A stretch of DNA of 60,000 bases from positions 684,001-744,000 of the forward strand of contig MU057724.1 in the NCBI GenBank assembly GCA_013265495.1. The letters run 5' to 3'. A program made the translations under genes and the position numbers. Within the stretch, counting starts at the first letter, position 1. The number at the start of each line of letters is the position of its first letter. The notes beneath the pieces were generated by a model. It searched no databases, was not told where the DNA came from, and saw nothing but the letters and a program-made list of their open reading frames with translations. Below, in pieces: positions 1 to 12,111 of the stretch. Source of the DNA: Vicugna vicugna. Taxonomy: Eukaryota.

Positions 1-769
1 TCCCGGTCTAAGCCACATCCACAGCCCACGCACAGTTCTGCCTCTCAGTTGCACACAATTCTAAAGTTACCTCTGAAATTTTAGGGCCACCTTTCAGAGT
101 GCTTGTGAGATGAGAGCAGACGTCTTCCATAGGGGCCTCTTGCCACCTGCCAAGTTTCCTTCGCTTTGGAAACTGTGGAAAGTGGGCTCTAGAGCTGGGA
201 GCAGATCAGTCTGGTTTCCCAGCAAACCTCCTCGCTCCGAGGTCCAGGTCTCCGTGCCCCCGCAGCTCATCCCTCCTGAGGCTGTGGGCACTGACACCCA
301 CTTTCCCCCGTGGGCCTCCTGCTAAGTTCCCAGCACTTGCCCTGTGCGGGCTGATTTGCTCTAAGAAGAGCCAGAAAGCAGGTGCCTGCTGGTTGTGCCA
401 CTTTCCGTGAGTCCGGCGGTTTTGCGTCCTTGTCTTCCGTCTGCGTCTGAGGCTAAAGCCGCGCGTGTCCCCTGGGCATACACACCACACCTCTGTGCCG
501 CAGAGGCACGTTAAATGAGGGTCTGCAAAGCGAGTGCGTGCGTGTGGGGAACTGGGCGCCTGGATGCCTGGAAGCGCTCGTCGGGACCCCGGGCGGGCGT
601 GGGTGCCGCCCAAGGAGCTGCGGTCGGGCTCCCCCCCAGATTTCTCGTTGGGGCTGGGCGTGCACGGGCTCGGCCCGCACTCGGGCTCCGCAGGCGGGAC
701 CCTCGCCCCGGGAGGGACAGGAGACCTGGCCAGGGAGCCTCTGCCGCCCGGCGCTTGATTCTTACTTAC
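1..769 (-). other. CLXN: CLXN intron 1 (partial)
   Basis: Follows the GTAAGT donor at 769 on the minus strand; no exon-2-like peptide (FNKFEV...) seen before the window edge. Confidence 0.85.
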
Positions 770-827
770 AGTGCTTGCTAGTTTTAGTTAAGGAGTCCGT
801 CAGCTTCTGCAGCTTCTTGCGGTTCAT
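770..827 (-). CDS. CLXN: Calaxin (EF-hand calcium-binding domain protein 1, EFCAB1), first coding exon; the rest of the gene lies left of the window
   Basis: Reverse complement of 827-770 reads ATG AAC CGC AAG AAG CTG CAG AAG CTG ACG GAC TCC TTA ACT AAA ACT AGC AAG CAC T = MNRKKLQKLTDSLTKTSKH + 1 nt, followed by a consensus donor GTAAGT (769-764). This matches the human EFCAB1 N-terminus as I recall it (MNRKKLQKLTDTLTKNCKHF). It lies in a CpG island with RFX motifs, as expected for a motile-cilia gene. Confidence 0.95.
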
Positions 828-924
828 GTCGGGCGCTCAGGGCACCGGCTGGCGGCGGGTGTCCGGGGGTGGCTGCGGGGGCCCTTGCGAGCCCTGCGCG
901 CGGAGCGGCTGCGGTTCTCCACCA

Positions 925-936
925 CGCGCGTGCGCG
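925..936 (-). promoter_or_regulatory. NRF1-type motif
   Basis: Minus strand CGCGCACGCGCG fits YGCGCAYGCGCR; located between the X-boxes and the ATG. Confidence 0.55.
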
Positions 937-951
937 TCCCTCACACTCGGC

Positions 952-1127
952 GTGGCCATGGCAACACCGGGCGGTCGCTGATTGGCTCCCGGGCTGGGGC
1001 GAGCTTGGCTCTCACAGGCCGCGTGGCCATGGCAACGTCTCGGCGGCCGCCGATTGGCTGCCGGGCCGAGCCCTGCGCCGCCGAAGACGCGGTGTGGCCA
1101 TGGCAACGCTCGGCGGCCGCCGATTGG
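952..1127. promoter_or_regulatory. Three tandem RFX X-box + CCAAT (NF-Y) modules
   Basis: GTGGCCATGGCAAC at 952-965, 1023-1036 and 1094-1107 (fits RFX consensus GTNRCCATGGYAAC); ATTGG at 981-985, 1053-1057 and 1123-1127 (CCAAT on the CLXN sense strand). Confidence 0.85.
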
Positions 1128-2212
1128 CTGCCGGGCCGGGCGCGGTCTGGCCGGCAGAGCCCTGCAGGCGCGCCGGACCGTGCTCTGACTGTGACGTCCG
1201 GGTTTGACCCTCCAGGTGCTGCTGGCTTGGGCTCACAGCCCCTTGGCTGGACTGCACCGTGAGTCCTCAAGGTCTGAAATCTGTGTGCGTGCCGTGTGGG
1301 GATGTCGGTGGGGGGCGTCACACCAGGGAGGCTTCGGGGCCTCAGGGAGGTCTGGGAACCCGAGGGGCTGCAGGGATGAGCAGGTGTGTTGCCCGGACGA
1401 CTGTTCCGCGGGTGCAGGAGGGCGAGGAGCTGGCTCTCAAGTTGTCAGTCCTTCTGCTCAGATGCCAGGAGGGAGTCTGCAGCAGGATAGCTTCAAGTTT
1501 TTGGTGATGTTACTGAGAGCAAGAGGAACTTGGAATAGCTATCTTTTTTTGCCCCCATTCGCTCTCGGGAGCTGTCAGGGGAAGCTGAGAAAAGCCCCTG
1601 GCAATTTTCAGGTTGGTTAAGAGGCAGCCTCCCAAATAAAGACGAGCTAACAGCTGCCCCTGGCTCCGGGCGCAGCCCGACCTTGCTGCTCTGGAAAATA
1701 CCCCAGTAAAGGGACCCTTTGCCTATTTGAAAGGCAGGCTCTGTGACTGCAAACCAAGGACTTGCTGCTCTTCTTAACCCAGCTGGGACACCTTCTTTGA
1801 GTTAAGCAATACATGGGTTAGCTGAGCACAGAGCACAAAACCTGTAATATTCTCCAACGTGTCACTGGCTTAGCTTCAGAAGGGAAAATGCCTTTGAATA
1901 CAAATTATTTTATAGTATATGTACTGTCCTTGCTACACTGAAAGCAGAAAAATTCTGCCAACCAGGAGTAACAGTTCAAAATGAGGTCTCCGATTTTCTT
2001 TCCTTGTTTTATTTGTTTGTTGGATGGAGGACTGGGATGCTGTTTAAGAGTGGAGTGGAGGATACCTGGTGAAGGCAGGCACTGCGTTATCCTCATGCAA
2101 ATTCCCTGAGAACTGTTAACTAACATGAAAGGATAGTGACTATGAGTTTGCGACAGTTAATGGTTACAGGGTATCCCTGTATGTACTCATATCCAGCAGG
2201 TGCTTTGTTTCT

Positions 2213-2877
2213 TTTTCAAAAAGATTAAAAAATTAAATCATAGTTGATTTGCAATGTTGTATTGGTTTCTGGTATATAGCATAGTGATTCAGTTTATATA
2301 TATATAAAAAGGAATATATATATATTCCTTTTCATATTCTTTTTCATTTAGGTTATTACAAGATATTGAATATAGTTTCCTGTGCTGTATAGAAGAATCT
2401 CGTTGTTCATCTATTTTATACGTAGTAGTTTATCTGCCAATCCCAAACTCCCAATTTATCCCTCCCTCTCAGTAACCATAGTTTGTTTTCTATGTTGGTG
2501 AGCCTCTTTCTGCTTTGTAAATAAATTCATTTGTATCATATTTTAAATCCCACACATAAGTGATATATGATATTTGTCTTTGTGTGACTTACTTCACTTA
2601 GTATGGTAATCTCTAGGTCCATCCATGCTGCTGCAAATGGCATTATTTTATTCTTTATGGCCAAGTAGTATTCCATTGTATAAATATACCACAGCTTTCT
2701 TATCCAGTCATCTGTCGATGGACACTTAGGCTGTCTTCATGTCTTGGCTGTTGTAAATAGTGCTGCTGTGGACATTGGGGTGCATATGTCTTTTCAAATT
2801 AAGAGTTTCCTCTGGATATATGTCCAGGAGTGGGATTGCTCGGTCATAGGGTAAGTCTATCTTTAGGTTTTAAGGAA
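2213..2877 (-). mobile_element. 5'-truncated L1 3' end (relatively young, artiodactyl/camelid type) with target-site duplication
   Basis: Antisense L1 3'UTR/ORF2-end text (ttcacttagtatggtaatctctaggtccatccatgctgctgcaaatggc); 16-bp TSD caggtgctttgtttct (2197-2212) / caggtgctgtgtttct (2878-2893), 1 mismatch. Confidence 0.9.
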
Positions 2878-4229
2878 CAGGTGCTGTGTTTCTAACAGGA
2901 TCGTAGGGAACAAATGGGGGGGACGTATTCAGATTACACTCACCTGTGAAACCTAGTGACTCTGGTCAGATGACCGAGTTGTGACAAATACTTAGTTCAC
3001 AGAGATTGTTGCAGTGCTGTTATAAAGACAAGGTTCAGAAGAGAAGCCGTGAGCCCTTCCTCTCCCTAGCAGACTACGTGGACGCCCTGCTGGCATGTCT
3101 GGTCTCGGGAGCCTGCCCTGTGGGTGGGAGCACTTCACTAGCATGTCCAGGCAAATCGGAGCCACTTGTCACCCACTGGAAACTTGTCGGGGAGCCCTGT
3201 GGGTTCCTCCTCCACAAGCCTGGGCCCCACCAGCCGTGTTCCCTTAAAGTGGAAAAGCTTATAGAAGGGCAGTGCCCCAGGAGGTGGATGAGTCAAATGT
3301 GCTCTACCTGCAGAAGTTCCTGGACCTGTGGGGAACCTCAGTGAGGCGTCCCCCCGCCCCCTCTTCCCCGGGACAGTGGCCTGTGAAACTGACCTCGCTC
3401 TACCATCTTGCTGATCTTTCTCGGGGAAAGCAGGTACTTATTAGCCTGATGACGAGTTTCCTGGCCTTTCATTAAGATGAACGTTGCCGCCAAGGCGCCC
3501 CGGGCACACGAGAAGCGTGACGCTGTGTGCAGACGTCCTTTCTGCCCTGACCTCATCCCTAGTGTGGCGCTCACTTGGAGTGCCCGGGGGAGCATGTCCT
3601 GGTGGGACTGGACACAGGCAAACCAGGAAAGGCAATTCACAGTTAGAACTGTGGCAAGGATCTGGCCAGCAGTGTTCTCATCCACGTGGCTCTGCCTTCA
3701 TTCTGGTTCCGGAGGAAGACTGTCTTCATGGCACAAATGCCAGGAAACCAGGAATTAGCCTGCGCGTGGCAGTCATTCACTTGTCGCATTGGTCCCCGCG
3801 TTCAGCCAGTGTTCTGAGTGCTGGCCACATGCTGAGGGTTACAGTGGGTCCCTTGAGTTATGCCTGGGTCCTGCTGCTGGGCTCCGGCCACCCCCAATCA
3901 TGTGATAAAGAGGGCGTGCCCCGGTGGGGGACCATCCTCCGCGCGGCGCAGTTCCGTGAAGGACGTGCTGGTGCAGGCGACGCTTGGACGTGCACACTGG
4001 GTCTCGACTTTGGCTCCTGCTCGTGGTGCTCTGCGCTCGTTCAGGTGACGCCCGTGAGGGCACGAGTCTCCTGCTCCTGCGTGACCGCCTGGGAGAGGGC
4101 CTGCTGGGTGAGTACAGGTTTTCCTGCATGAGGAAGGGCTGACCTGTTTCCCAGGGTGGCCGGCCCCCGCGTTGAAACCAGCAGTGGAGGGTAAGGGAGC
4201 CGTTTGCCCCGGGCCCCACAGCACTCGGT

Positions 4230-5640
4230 GCAGCCAGCCTTGTCGATTTCAGTCATTAGTGGGTGTGAGTGGGGACTCACTGTGGTCTTAATTTGCATGT
4301 TCCTATTACTAGCGAACTGAATGTCTTTTTAAAGGGTCTTTAAATGTTACTTTGTTTATTTGTTTTCTGGGGGGAGGTCAATGGGTCTACTTATTTATTT
4401 ACTTGTTTTTGATGGAGGTGCTGGGGATTGAACCTAGGACCTCGTGCATGCCAGGCATGCACTCTACCTCTGAGCTATACCTTCCCCCGAATGTCTTCTT
4501 AATATTAGGTTGTAAGTATTCTTTATGTGTTACGGATGGAATGCTGTTACCAGATACCAGTGGGTGACTTTATGCTTTTACTAGTGGCTTTTGGAAAGCA
4601 AAAGTTTTGAGTTTTGAGAAAGCTCAGTTCACCAAAATTTAATTTTATAGTTCATAGTTTGCATGTGCTGCTTAAAAATGTGTTGCCTGATCCAGAGCCA
4701 TAGAGATTTCTTTCATGTGTGTTTTACATGGTTTACGGTTCTCTCTCTTACATTTGGACCTCTGCTTCCCTGCAGTTAATTCTCGTGTACACGTGAGGAA
4801 AGGGTCGGTGCTCATTGTTTCTCACGTGGGCCTCTGGTTTGCAGGAGAGACGGTTCCTCTTCCGCGGACTTGCCCTGGCGTTTCTGTCAAGTGGCCACGT
4901 AGCGTGAGCTGCGTCTTGGGCTCCAATCTGCCCGTTGATCGCTGTGTCCATTCTCACGGAACATCACACTGCGCTCATTCCCGCAGCTTTACAGTGGCTC
5001 TTCAAATCAGGTAGCATGAATTCTTTAATGTCGTTCTTTTCCAAAGTTGTTTTGACTAATTGACATCATTTTCATTTCATGTGAATTTTAGAATCAACCT
5101 GTCAGTTTCAAAAATCCTGCCAAGGTTTGATTGGGGCTGCATCGCTCCTGTGTAGCCATCGGGGTAGAACTGAACGGGGTTGCTTTTCTGACCCGTGGAC
5201 ATGGTGTGTCTCTCCGTTTGTTAGGTCCTCATTGTGTCTCTCAGCATTGTGTTCAGGTTTTAAGTTACACGTCTGAGCATCTTTTGTTACACGTGTTCAT
5301 AAGTATTTTTGACGCTAACGTAACTGTGATGTTCGAGGTCGCAGTTGCTCTTTGATGGCACTTAAAGTGTAACTGGTATTTGCGTACTGATGCTTGACTG
5401 TCTCACCGGCTGTGCTGTCACTGGATTTAAATCACGGTGCACACTTCGCTCGTTTTCTCTTCAGTGATTCATTTGTTATCTCATGAATCGGCTCGTCTCT
5501 CTAGTTAATAAATGTGTATTTCTTTATCGCCAGCTTCTTGTGGGTCTGCCTAGGTGGTCACACGGTGGACGGGGGGTTGGGTGGGAGGAGGTGGGGCTGC
5601 TCTGTCATCCTTTCCTCATGGGCTTGTGCCTTCGTGTGAG
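4230..5640 (-). mobile_element. Old L1 (L1M-type) ORF2 fragment, interrupted by a SINE
   Basis: Antisense L1 motifs such as tgtggtcttaatttgcatgttcc and catgtgaattttagaatcaacctgtc; boundaries approximate. Confidence 0.7.
4333..4488 (-). mobile_element. tRNA-derived SINE (camelid Vic-1-like) with TSD
   Basis: ggggattgaacctaggacctcgtgcatgccaggcatgcactctacctctgagctatac is the reverse complement of a tRNA-like A/B-box head. TSD gaatgtctttttaa (4319) / gaatgtcttcttaa (4489). Confidence 0.85.
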
Positions 5641-7339
5641 GGTCACCCTCAAGTCGGGGCGTCTGTGAAGAAATGACCTGAACCTACTTGTGCTCTATTT
5701 AAGGACTAGTTCAGTTAAAACTAGACAATGTATCCCCCAAATCCACTTGACCAGGGCACTCTGAAAGCAGATAAGCGAAGGGGCCCGTGCCCTCCGCTGC
5801 GTCCCTGCCTCCCAGCATCCCTGCCCTGGGACACGCATGTGACAGTGGTTGTGCGAGCCAGCTGTAGGCTCCCCTTCGTCACTTCAGCAGCAGCGACAGC
5901 TCGTCTTGGTCACGGCCCACGCGGGAGGGCTCCTCTCCAGTCTGTGGGCTCTGCAGCTGCCTCTCCTCGCGCCCCTCGGTGCCCTGTAGGTGTTACTTCA
6001 AACAGAAGATGGACGCTCCATGCCATCCTGCGTGAAGCCTCTGGACAGTCACCGCGCCCCCTCCCACGGGGGCGTCCCCCTGCCCTGCCTTCCCGCCAGA
6101 GTGGAGGAAGCGTTTTCTCCCTGGCGAGAGGAGTCGCCTCAGCCCTGTTTCCAAAAGGCCCATCGAACTTCCTTCAGCTTGTTTACCTTAAATCCACGTG
6201 TCCTTTTCAATGACATCCTTGAAACTTTGGAAGCGGGTTTTCTATTTTTTCCATTTCCATTGTGTTTGAGCATCTGCCTCCCTGAACCACATTGTGTTCT
6301 GTGAGGTGACGTCACGTCCCGTGTGAGAGGCACATCCAGTGGAACAATGAAGAGCTCCAGCGAGTGCTTCGGTGCGGTGACATCACTTGGCGAGTCAGAG
6401 TTTGCTTGCAGTCTGTAGATAATGAGTGTCCTACAGCTTTGAGCCCTCCGCGGTGAGTCACGGAGCCCTCCCTTTCTCTCTCACGTGTCACGCTGGGTTT
6501 ACACTGACGACGGAGAGCACAGCTCGCTCCCCTTGGGGGGTCAGAGCCAACGGAGGCTCCACTTTAATCAGACGCCGGTTTCACGCGTTTGAACCTGCTC
6601 TGTCGAGGGAGCACTTCGGAGGCATCAGATACACCCGCTTCCTCCTCATCCACGGACCCTGGTGAAGCCAGTCCCCGGCTGGGGTGAGCGGCTCCCCGGC
6701 CAGCCCGAGCGTCTCGGGTTGAAGCTGTCCCTTGGCCCTCTCCACCGCAGGCGAGGGGGCGCGGGGCAAAGCCGGTCCGGTTTCTGCTGCTTCCCCCCGA
6801 GTGGCCAGCCGGTGGGAAGCCCTCCCGACTGACTCCCTGTCGGTGGAACTGCTGATGGCTGCGCCTTCCCCTGAAGCAGAGCCGTTCGGTTCGGCCCTGC
6901 GAATCCATGAAACTCAGTGTGACAGATCGTGGTTTCAGAGGAGGCAGAGGCCAACACCACTGCTGTGGGTGAGAGAGAGGCCAGCACCGCGCTCGCTCCC
7001 CGAGGCACCAGGCTTGTCTGCAGGAGGCGGTGCTCCGCGGCTGAGCCAGGGCCCTGCTGGGCTGGGGGGCTCTCCAGGGGAGAGGAGGCCGGAAGTCTCA
7101 GCCCAAAGAGGGATTCAGGTTAAATCTGCTTGGGGCTGATCAAGGCTGGGCAGGAAGCGGCTCTTGGGGCCCGGCCAGGGCTCCTGGAATCCCAGTTAAG
7201 TCTGAGAGCGAAGCTCGTGTCTTCTTTCAGTGGGCAGAGGACCCTGCCTTCAAACAAAAGTTGGTCCAGGTTGCAGGGCCTTTGATGTTAATTCGATCCT
7301 GAAGTGTTTCTCTCTCTCTCTCTCTTTTTTGTTTTTTAA

Positions 7340-7460
7340 CTTTATAGTTGTATTGTTTTTCCTTTTTTATTAAAGTCCAGTCAGTTTACAACGTGGTGTC
7401 CATTCCTGCTGCGCAGCACCGTGTTTCAGGCGTACATGTACACACACTTCATTTTCAGTG
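7340..7460 (-). mobile_element. Short L1 3'-terminal remnant next to a (CT)n/T-rich tract
   Basis: tttttattaaagtccagtcagtttacaacgtggtg resembles the antisense L1 3' terminus at 2235. Confidence 0.55.
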
Positions 7461-10400
7461 TCTTGTGGTGACCTCTAACGAAAGGAATATGAACGTGAAG
7501 TCGGCGTCAAGTTCTTAAGTGAGGTCTTTGTTTCAAGTCTCTCGTTTGTGTCGCTGATGTTTCTCACACACGTGTCACGACGACTTTATCTTCTGTGTGT
7601 CCACATGACCGTGTAGTCGGCAGTCAAGTCCTTCCTTACTTAGGCTGAGAAATGGCTCGTTTCCCTGCGTCCTTTTTGAGAGCAAAGACCCAGGTGATGT
7701 AGAAACTCAGTGCAAGGGGAATGGACCCCTGAAAGCCCCCGGGACGCCGGGAGCGCCAGTCCCGCCCTGACCGTGGCTTGGCACGAGTCTGGTGGGAGGC
7801 TTTGCCCTGAAAGCCACGCCGCTCCGGAGTAGGACTTACCGTAAACAAACGTATTTCGAAGCACCTTTGGGGTTGTTCTCCTAACCGTTGCTGAAAAATT
7901 GCTCTTTAACGAGAACCTCAAAGTGTGATCTCAGCTCCAGCGAAGGAGGGTCCTGTCCAGCCGGCTCTGGGAGCAATCCCCGCCCCCTCTCAGGGCAGGG
8001 CCCGGCTTTCCTGCAGTGTGGACGACGGGTTGAGCCTGGCTGGCCCCCTTCCCGGGCCGCCTCTGATTTCGTGGGGCATCTTTGGGACAGACCTGCGTGG
8101 GTGCATGCCCTGTTCCTTTCCCCCTGAGGCTCAGACGTCGGCCTGGGTGACGTCTGCGTTCACATTTATAGCAGCGGTAAGAAACAAAAACAACTGAAAG
8201 ACTCCAAATATTGCCTCTAGGATGGTCACAGAGTGCCCGCCACGTGGTCAGGGGTGTGCCTGCCGTCCGGGAAGGGCACGGGCTCGTTCAGAGATGCGCA
8301 GGTTCCCCTGACCCCACATGCCCGGAGCTGGGCCGGTGCCTCTTCCGTCTGGCCAGGTCAAGCCCGCGCTCCTGCAGCCTCTGGCCCCGGGTCGGCTGCA
8401 CGTTCACTATCTTATTTCATCTTCAACAATAGCGTCTGAAAGTATTTCCTGATCTTCTGGGGGAAGAAGCGGGTGGTCAGAGTGATTAACTGATTGGTGC
8501 ACAGACCAGCCAGTTAGAGGCAGGGCTAGTGGACCCAGGACTTGCTCTCATCTGCTGCCCTCTCCCCGGCGTCACAGCTGGGTCATCCCAACTTCCTGCC
8601 GGACGTGAGTGTCAGTTGCTGGCCCTGCCTGGCCAAGAGTCCCACCAGCCAATCCATCACGCCCCCTCCAGAGCCCGGGGCCTCCCAGAGCGCGGTGCGT
8701 GCTCATCACTCATCTCCTTTTTACTGTTGGCTCCAGCCTTAGCCATCTGAATACAAGTTCCTTAAGAACAGTTCCTGGGAAATCTGTCCATTTCAATGGA
8801 ATGGTGGCCAAGACTCGTTTTTGGCCTCCCTGTGGTGACAGGTGTGCAGCTGGACAGACCCTGGCCTCAGCCTCCCCTGGTGGTAGGAGTGGCCATGTTT
8901 GTGCTACCTTGGGGTCTGTGACTTAAGGTCCCTGAGGGGGTTCGTGTCTCCCCTCGCATGAGACGGGATAGAGAGGCTTCCTGCCCCTGGACTCGACTCT
9001 GCAGGGGATGGCGGAGAATTCAGATGGAGGAACCCAAGGCTCGGAAGGGTGTCCTGGAGCAGAGCTACCTGCAGCCTGGAAAGCTCACCTGGGAGATGAG
9101 AGAAACAGCCTCACCTGTTTTAATCCACCAGCTTGTCATCAGGTCTCTGCCAGCTCGGGGTGCTCATGGGGCTTGGGACCTGACCCACGACACCTGCAGG
9201 AGACACTGCAAATGGCTCACACGTCAAGTGCACCGTGTGGGATCCTGATACTGACGCAGGCGGGGGGTCAGGGAGGAGGCTCCATGTGGAAGACACGGGG
9301 GCACTGCCGGGCTAAGGAGCAGGCGGTCAGAGGCACAGGTTTGGGGGGACGCGGGCCGGGGCCGTGGAGCTGCAGCAGGGTGGTGCTGCCCTGTCCGTGG
9401 ACAAGTCACCCGTCCCCGTGGCCCGGAACCACAGCCAGCCTCAGCTCTCAGGTCTGTGGCTGGTGATCTCCGCCTGGCTCTGCATCCCCTGGGGGTCTTC
9501 TGGGATGCAGTGGGCCTGGCGCTTCCGGCACAGGGTGACCTCTCCCCCAGAGGGAGGGAGCTCAGACCCCACCCCCAGGCCGTGTCCCCCTCTTACTGGG
9601 GGAGGGGCGTGGAGGGGTGCTGGGCGCCTTCCTGACGCCCCACTGCAGGGGAGAGGCCTCGAGGGCAGAGGCCTGGGTGGGGGGCCTGGTGAGCGAGTCC
9701 TGTGGCCCCAGTGGCGCTGCCAGGACGCGCTCCGGTGGGTCTTGGCCAAGTATGTTAGGAAATCTCCAGGAATGATGGGAAATAGGTCCCGGAGCGAGTG
9801 TTACACAACAGGGTCGTGCGGCTGGGAGCCGGGCGGGAGCGCACTGCTCGCTCCGCCACCGGCCCCCGGGTTTTAGGGCTCACAGGCCCTGGGCTGGCCC
9901 TGAGACTGGGGTCTGCCTGCCACGTGACTCAGGGCCCACGCAGGCCTCGGGCAGGTCCTGAGCCTCCCGGGGGCCCTGTGGCCTCGGATCCCGGCTGGAG
10001 CCGCAGGGACCAGAAGTCCCAGAGTCTCCCTGGGAACGCGCCCCGCTTCCTCACTTTCGTGGGCGGGTTGGGGAAAGGAACTACTAAAAATAACCAGGAA
10101 AGAGATCGCAGAGGAAGAGCAAGGACGCTGGCCCGTGCTTTGACTAATATGGACTTTCTCGGTCCTGAGGAAGTACTTTGTTTCAAAAATAGCTGGTGCT
10201 TTTCCAAGAGGAGCCTTGGGGCTGTGAGTGGTCCCCTGCATCGTCGCATCACTCCTGCAGGCCGGGGGCAGGGACGGGGGCAGAGACCTGCAGGAAGGGA
10301 GGGCCCCCCCCTCTTACGGTGGAATTGCTGGTGTTGAACGAGCTGCTGAAAACACAGCTGGGGGCACTGGACAGGTCGGTTAGGGACAAAGATTTGTCCC

Positions 10401-10624
10401 AAGAACGAATTTTGAGCTTGATGAACTGGAGTTTGCCAGCATTTGTAATCAGGGAAGCTTGTTTTAACAGGTAAAAGTTGGAGTTGGAGGGCGGACACCA
10501 GAAAGGTGGCAGTGAAGAATCTACACCTTGCTTTTAAGAATAAGCCAAGCCACCGAGGACTTGCTCCGAGCCGGGTGCGGCTCTGAGCATTTTCTCTGTG
10601 TCAGCCCGTCCGACCTTGCTCAAG

Positions 10625-10730
10625 CCCTGGGCAGTGGCTGTCACCGTCTCTGTTCATTTGGGGAAACTGAGGCTCAGAGAGGTTAAGTTGCTCAACATTG
10701 GGAGCAGGGGTGGAGTTTGACTTCAGAGCA
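10625..10730 (-). mobile_element. MIR SINE fragment
   Basis: MIR core ggaaactgaggctcagagaggttaag. Confidence 0.75.
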
Positions 10731-11953
10731 TCTTTGTTTCCTTTCCAAACGGCCTGGTGGCTGTGTGTGCCACATGGGTGTGCCTGTGTGCACATGCTTG
10801 CACACGCGTGGGCTGTTTTTGGCAGGCGTGCATTTGCTGGCAGAACTCCAGTCCCAATTTCACTGGCTCTCCCGTCCCCAGGGACCATTTGTCCTCTGAC
10901 ACCGGCGCTTCATTTTTCACTCGCCATTTCTTATCGGCCCGCAGTCCTTGGAAAGCTATTTCCTCTGGAAGATGGATGTGAACAGTGCTTTTTGGTAAAG
11001 AGAATGTGGTTTCCACAGGCCTGAAGGCTGAGTGTTTCCAGCAGACGTGGAGACGCTGTGATTGGAGCCCCGGTCCTGCTCCGTGTCTGCTCTGCAGAGG
11101 CCTCGACTTCCTGGCCGAGGGCAGGTTCAGTTTGTGTTACCATGTGCGTGGTCAAGCAGACGTCTTCCTGCCGGAGACGTTCAAGGTGGGGACTAGGTCT
11201 GAGACGTGAACACCTGTTTGTACACTAGTGTACTTGTGAACCCTTGATGACTTTGCTTTGTCACACTTTCTATTCTGTTTTAGGCTTGACCTCGCTTCAC
11301 TGCAAGGAATCATCTTTTTTTTCAAATCATCGGAAGTTCATCCGTGTTTATAGCAAAACCTCATCAAGTCCGACTGCTCCACGTCACACATCCTAGTGCA
11401 GCTGTAATTACGTTTGAAAAGCACGTGAAGAATCATTTGCTTAAAATGGATAACACACCCAGGGCTTGGGGCGACACAGCACATTAAAGACATGTTTCTG
11501 TGTTCAGTTATTCTTACATGCAAATCAGCACGTTCACTGCAGAACAGACTCGGTTGTTCACGAACATCTTCCAGCGTCTTAACAGTTCGGATCCCTGGAT
11601 GTGCAATTCCTCGGAGGGTCTGGCAGTAAAGCACGTTAAAGTTTATTGTGACCCAGAGTTGTCCTTCACATCGTACCCCTGCCGGTCCTGGGTCCCCCCC
11701 AGTGTCCTTCCCATGCGCACGTTGGTGTGCTTGTCAGAATCTATATTAATTATTTCCTCCTTTCTCTGCTTTCTGCGACTGTGTCACTCATTCGAGAGGC
11801 CCAGCACGGCCTTCCAGACGCTGGGAGACTCCGGGTCTTCTTGGCCCCTGGCAGTGGCTCACACTTGGTGGGAGTGACTTGGTGCTTCTGTTTTTCTAGA
11901 ATAGACAATGCTAGAATTTTCTAGAATTATACAATTAATGTTAATTCCTCTAT

Positions 11954-12098
11954 GATGGTTTGGTGGCGTTCTTCCGGGAAACTAACTGGGCTGGAGATTG
12001 CCTTCTGGGGCTGCTTTTAGCTGCAAGTTGGATTTCCTCAATAGCTCAGAGGCTGTTCAGATTCCACGTGTCACAGTGGGTAAGTCGTGGAGTTTGTG
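11954..12098 (+). repeat. Direct repeat copy 1 (~145 bp), partner at 22713-22858
   Basis: gatggtttgg...gtcgtggagtttgtg; 5 substitutions + 1 indel versus the partner by manual alignment. Confidence 0.9.
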
Positions 12099-12111
12099 CT
12101 TTTCAAGGAAC

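Larger units (their letters stand above)
410..1420. promoter_or_regulatory. CLXN: CpG island / CLXN promoter and 5' UTR
   Basis: Very dense CpG and high GC spanning the start codon at 827; boundaries approximate. Confidence 0.9.
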
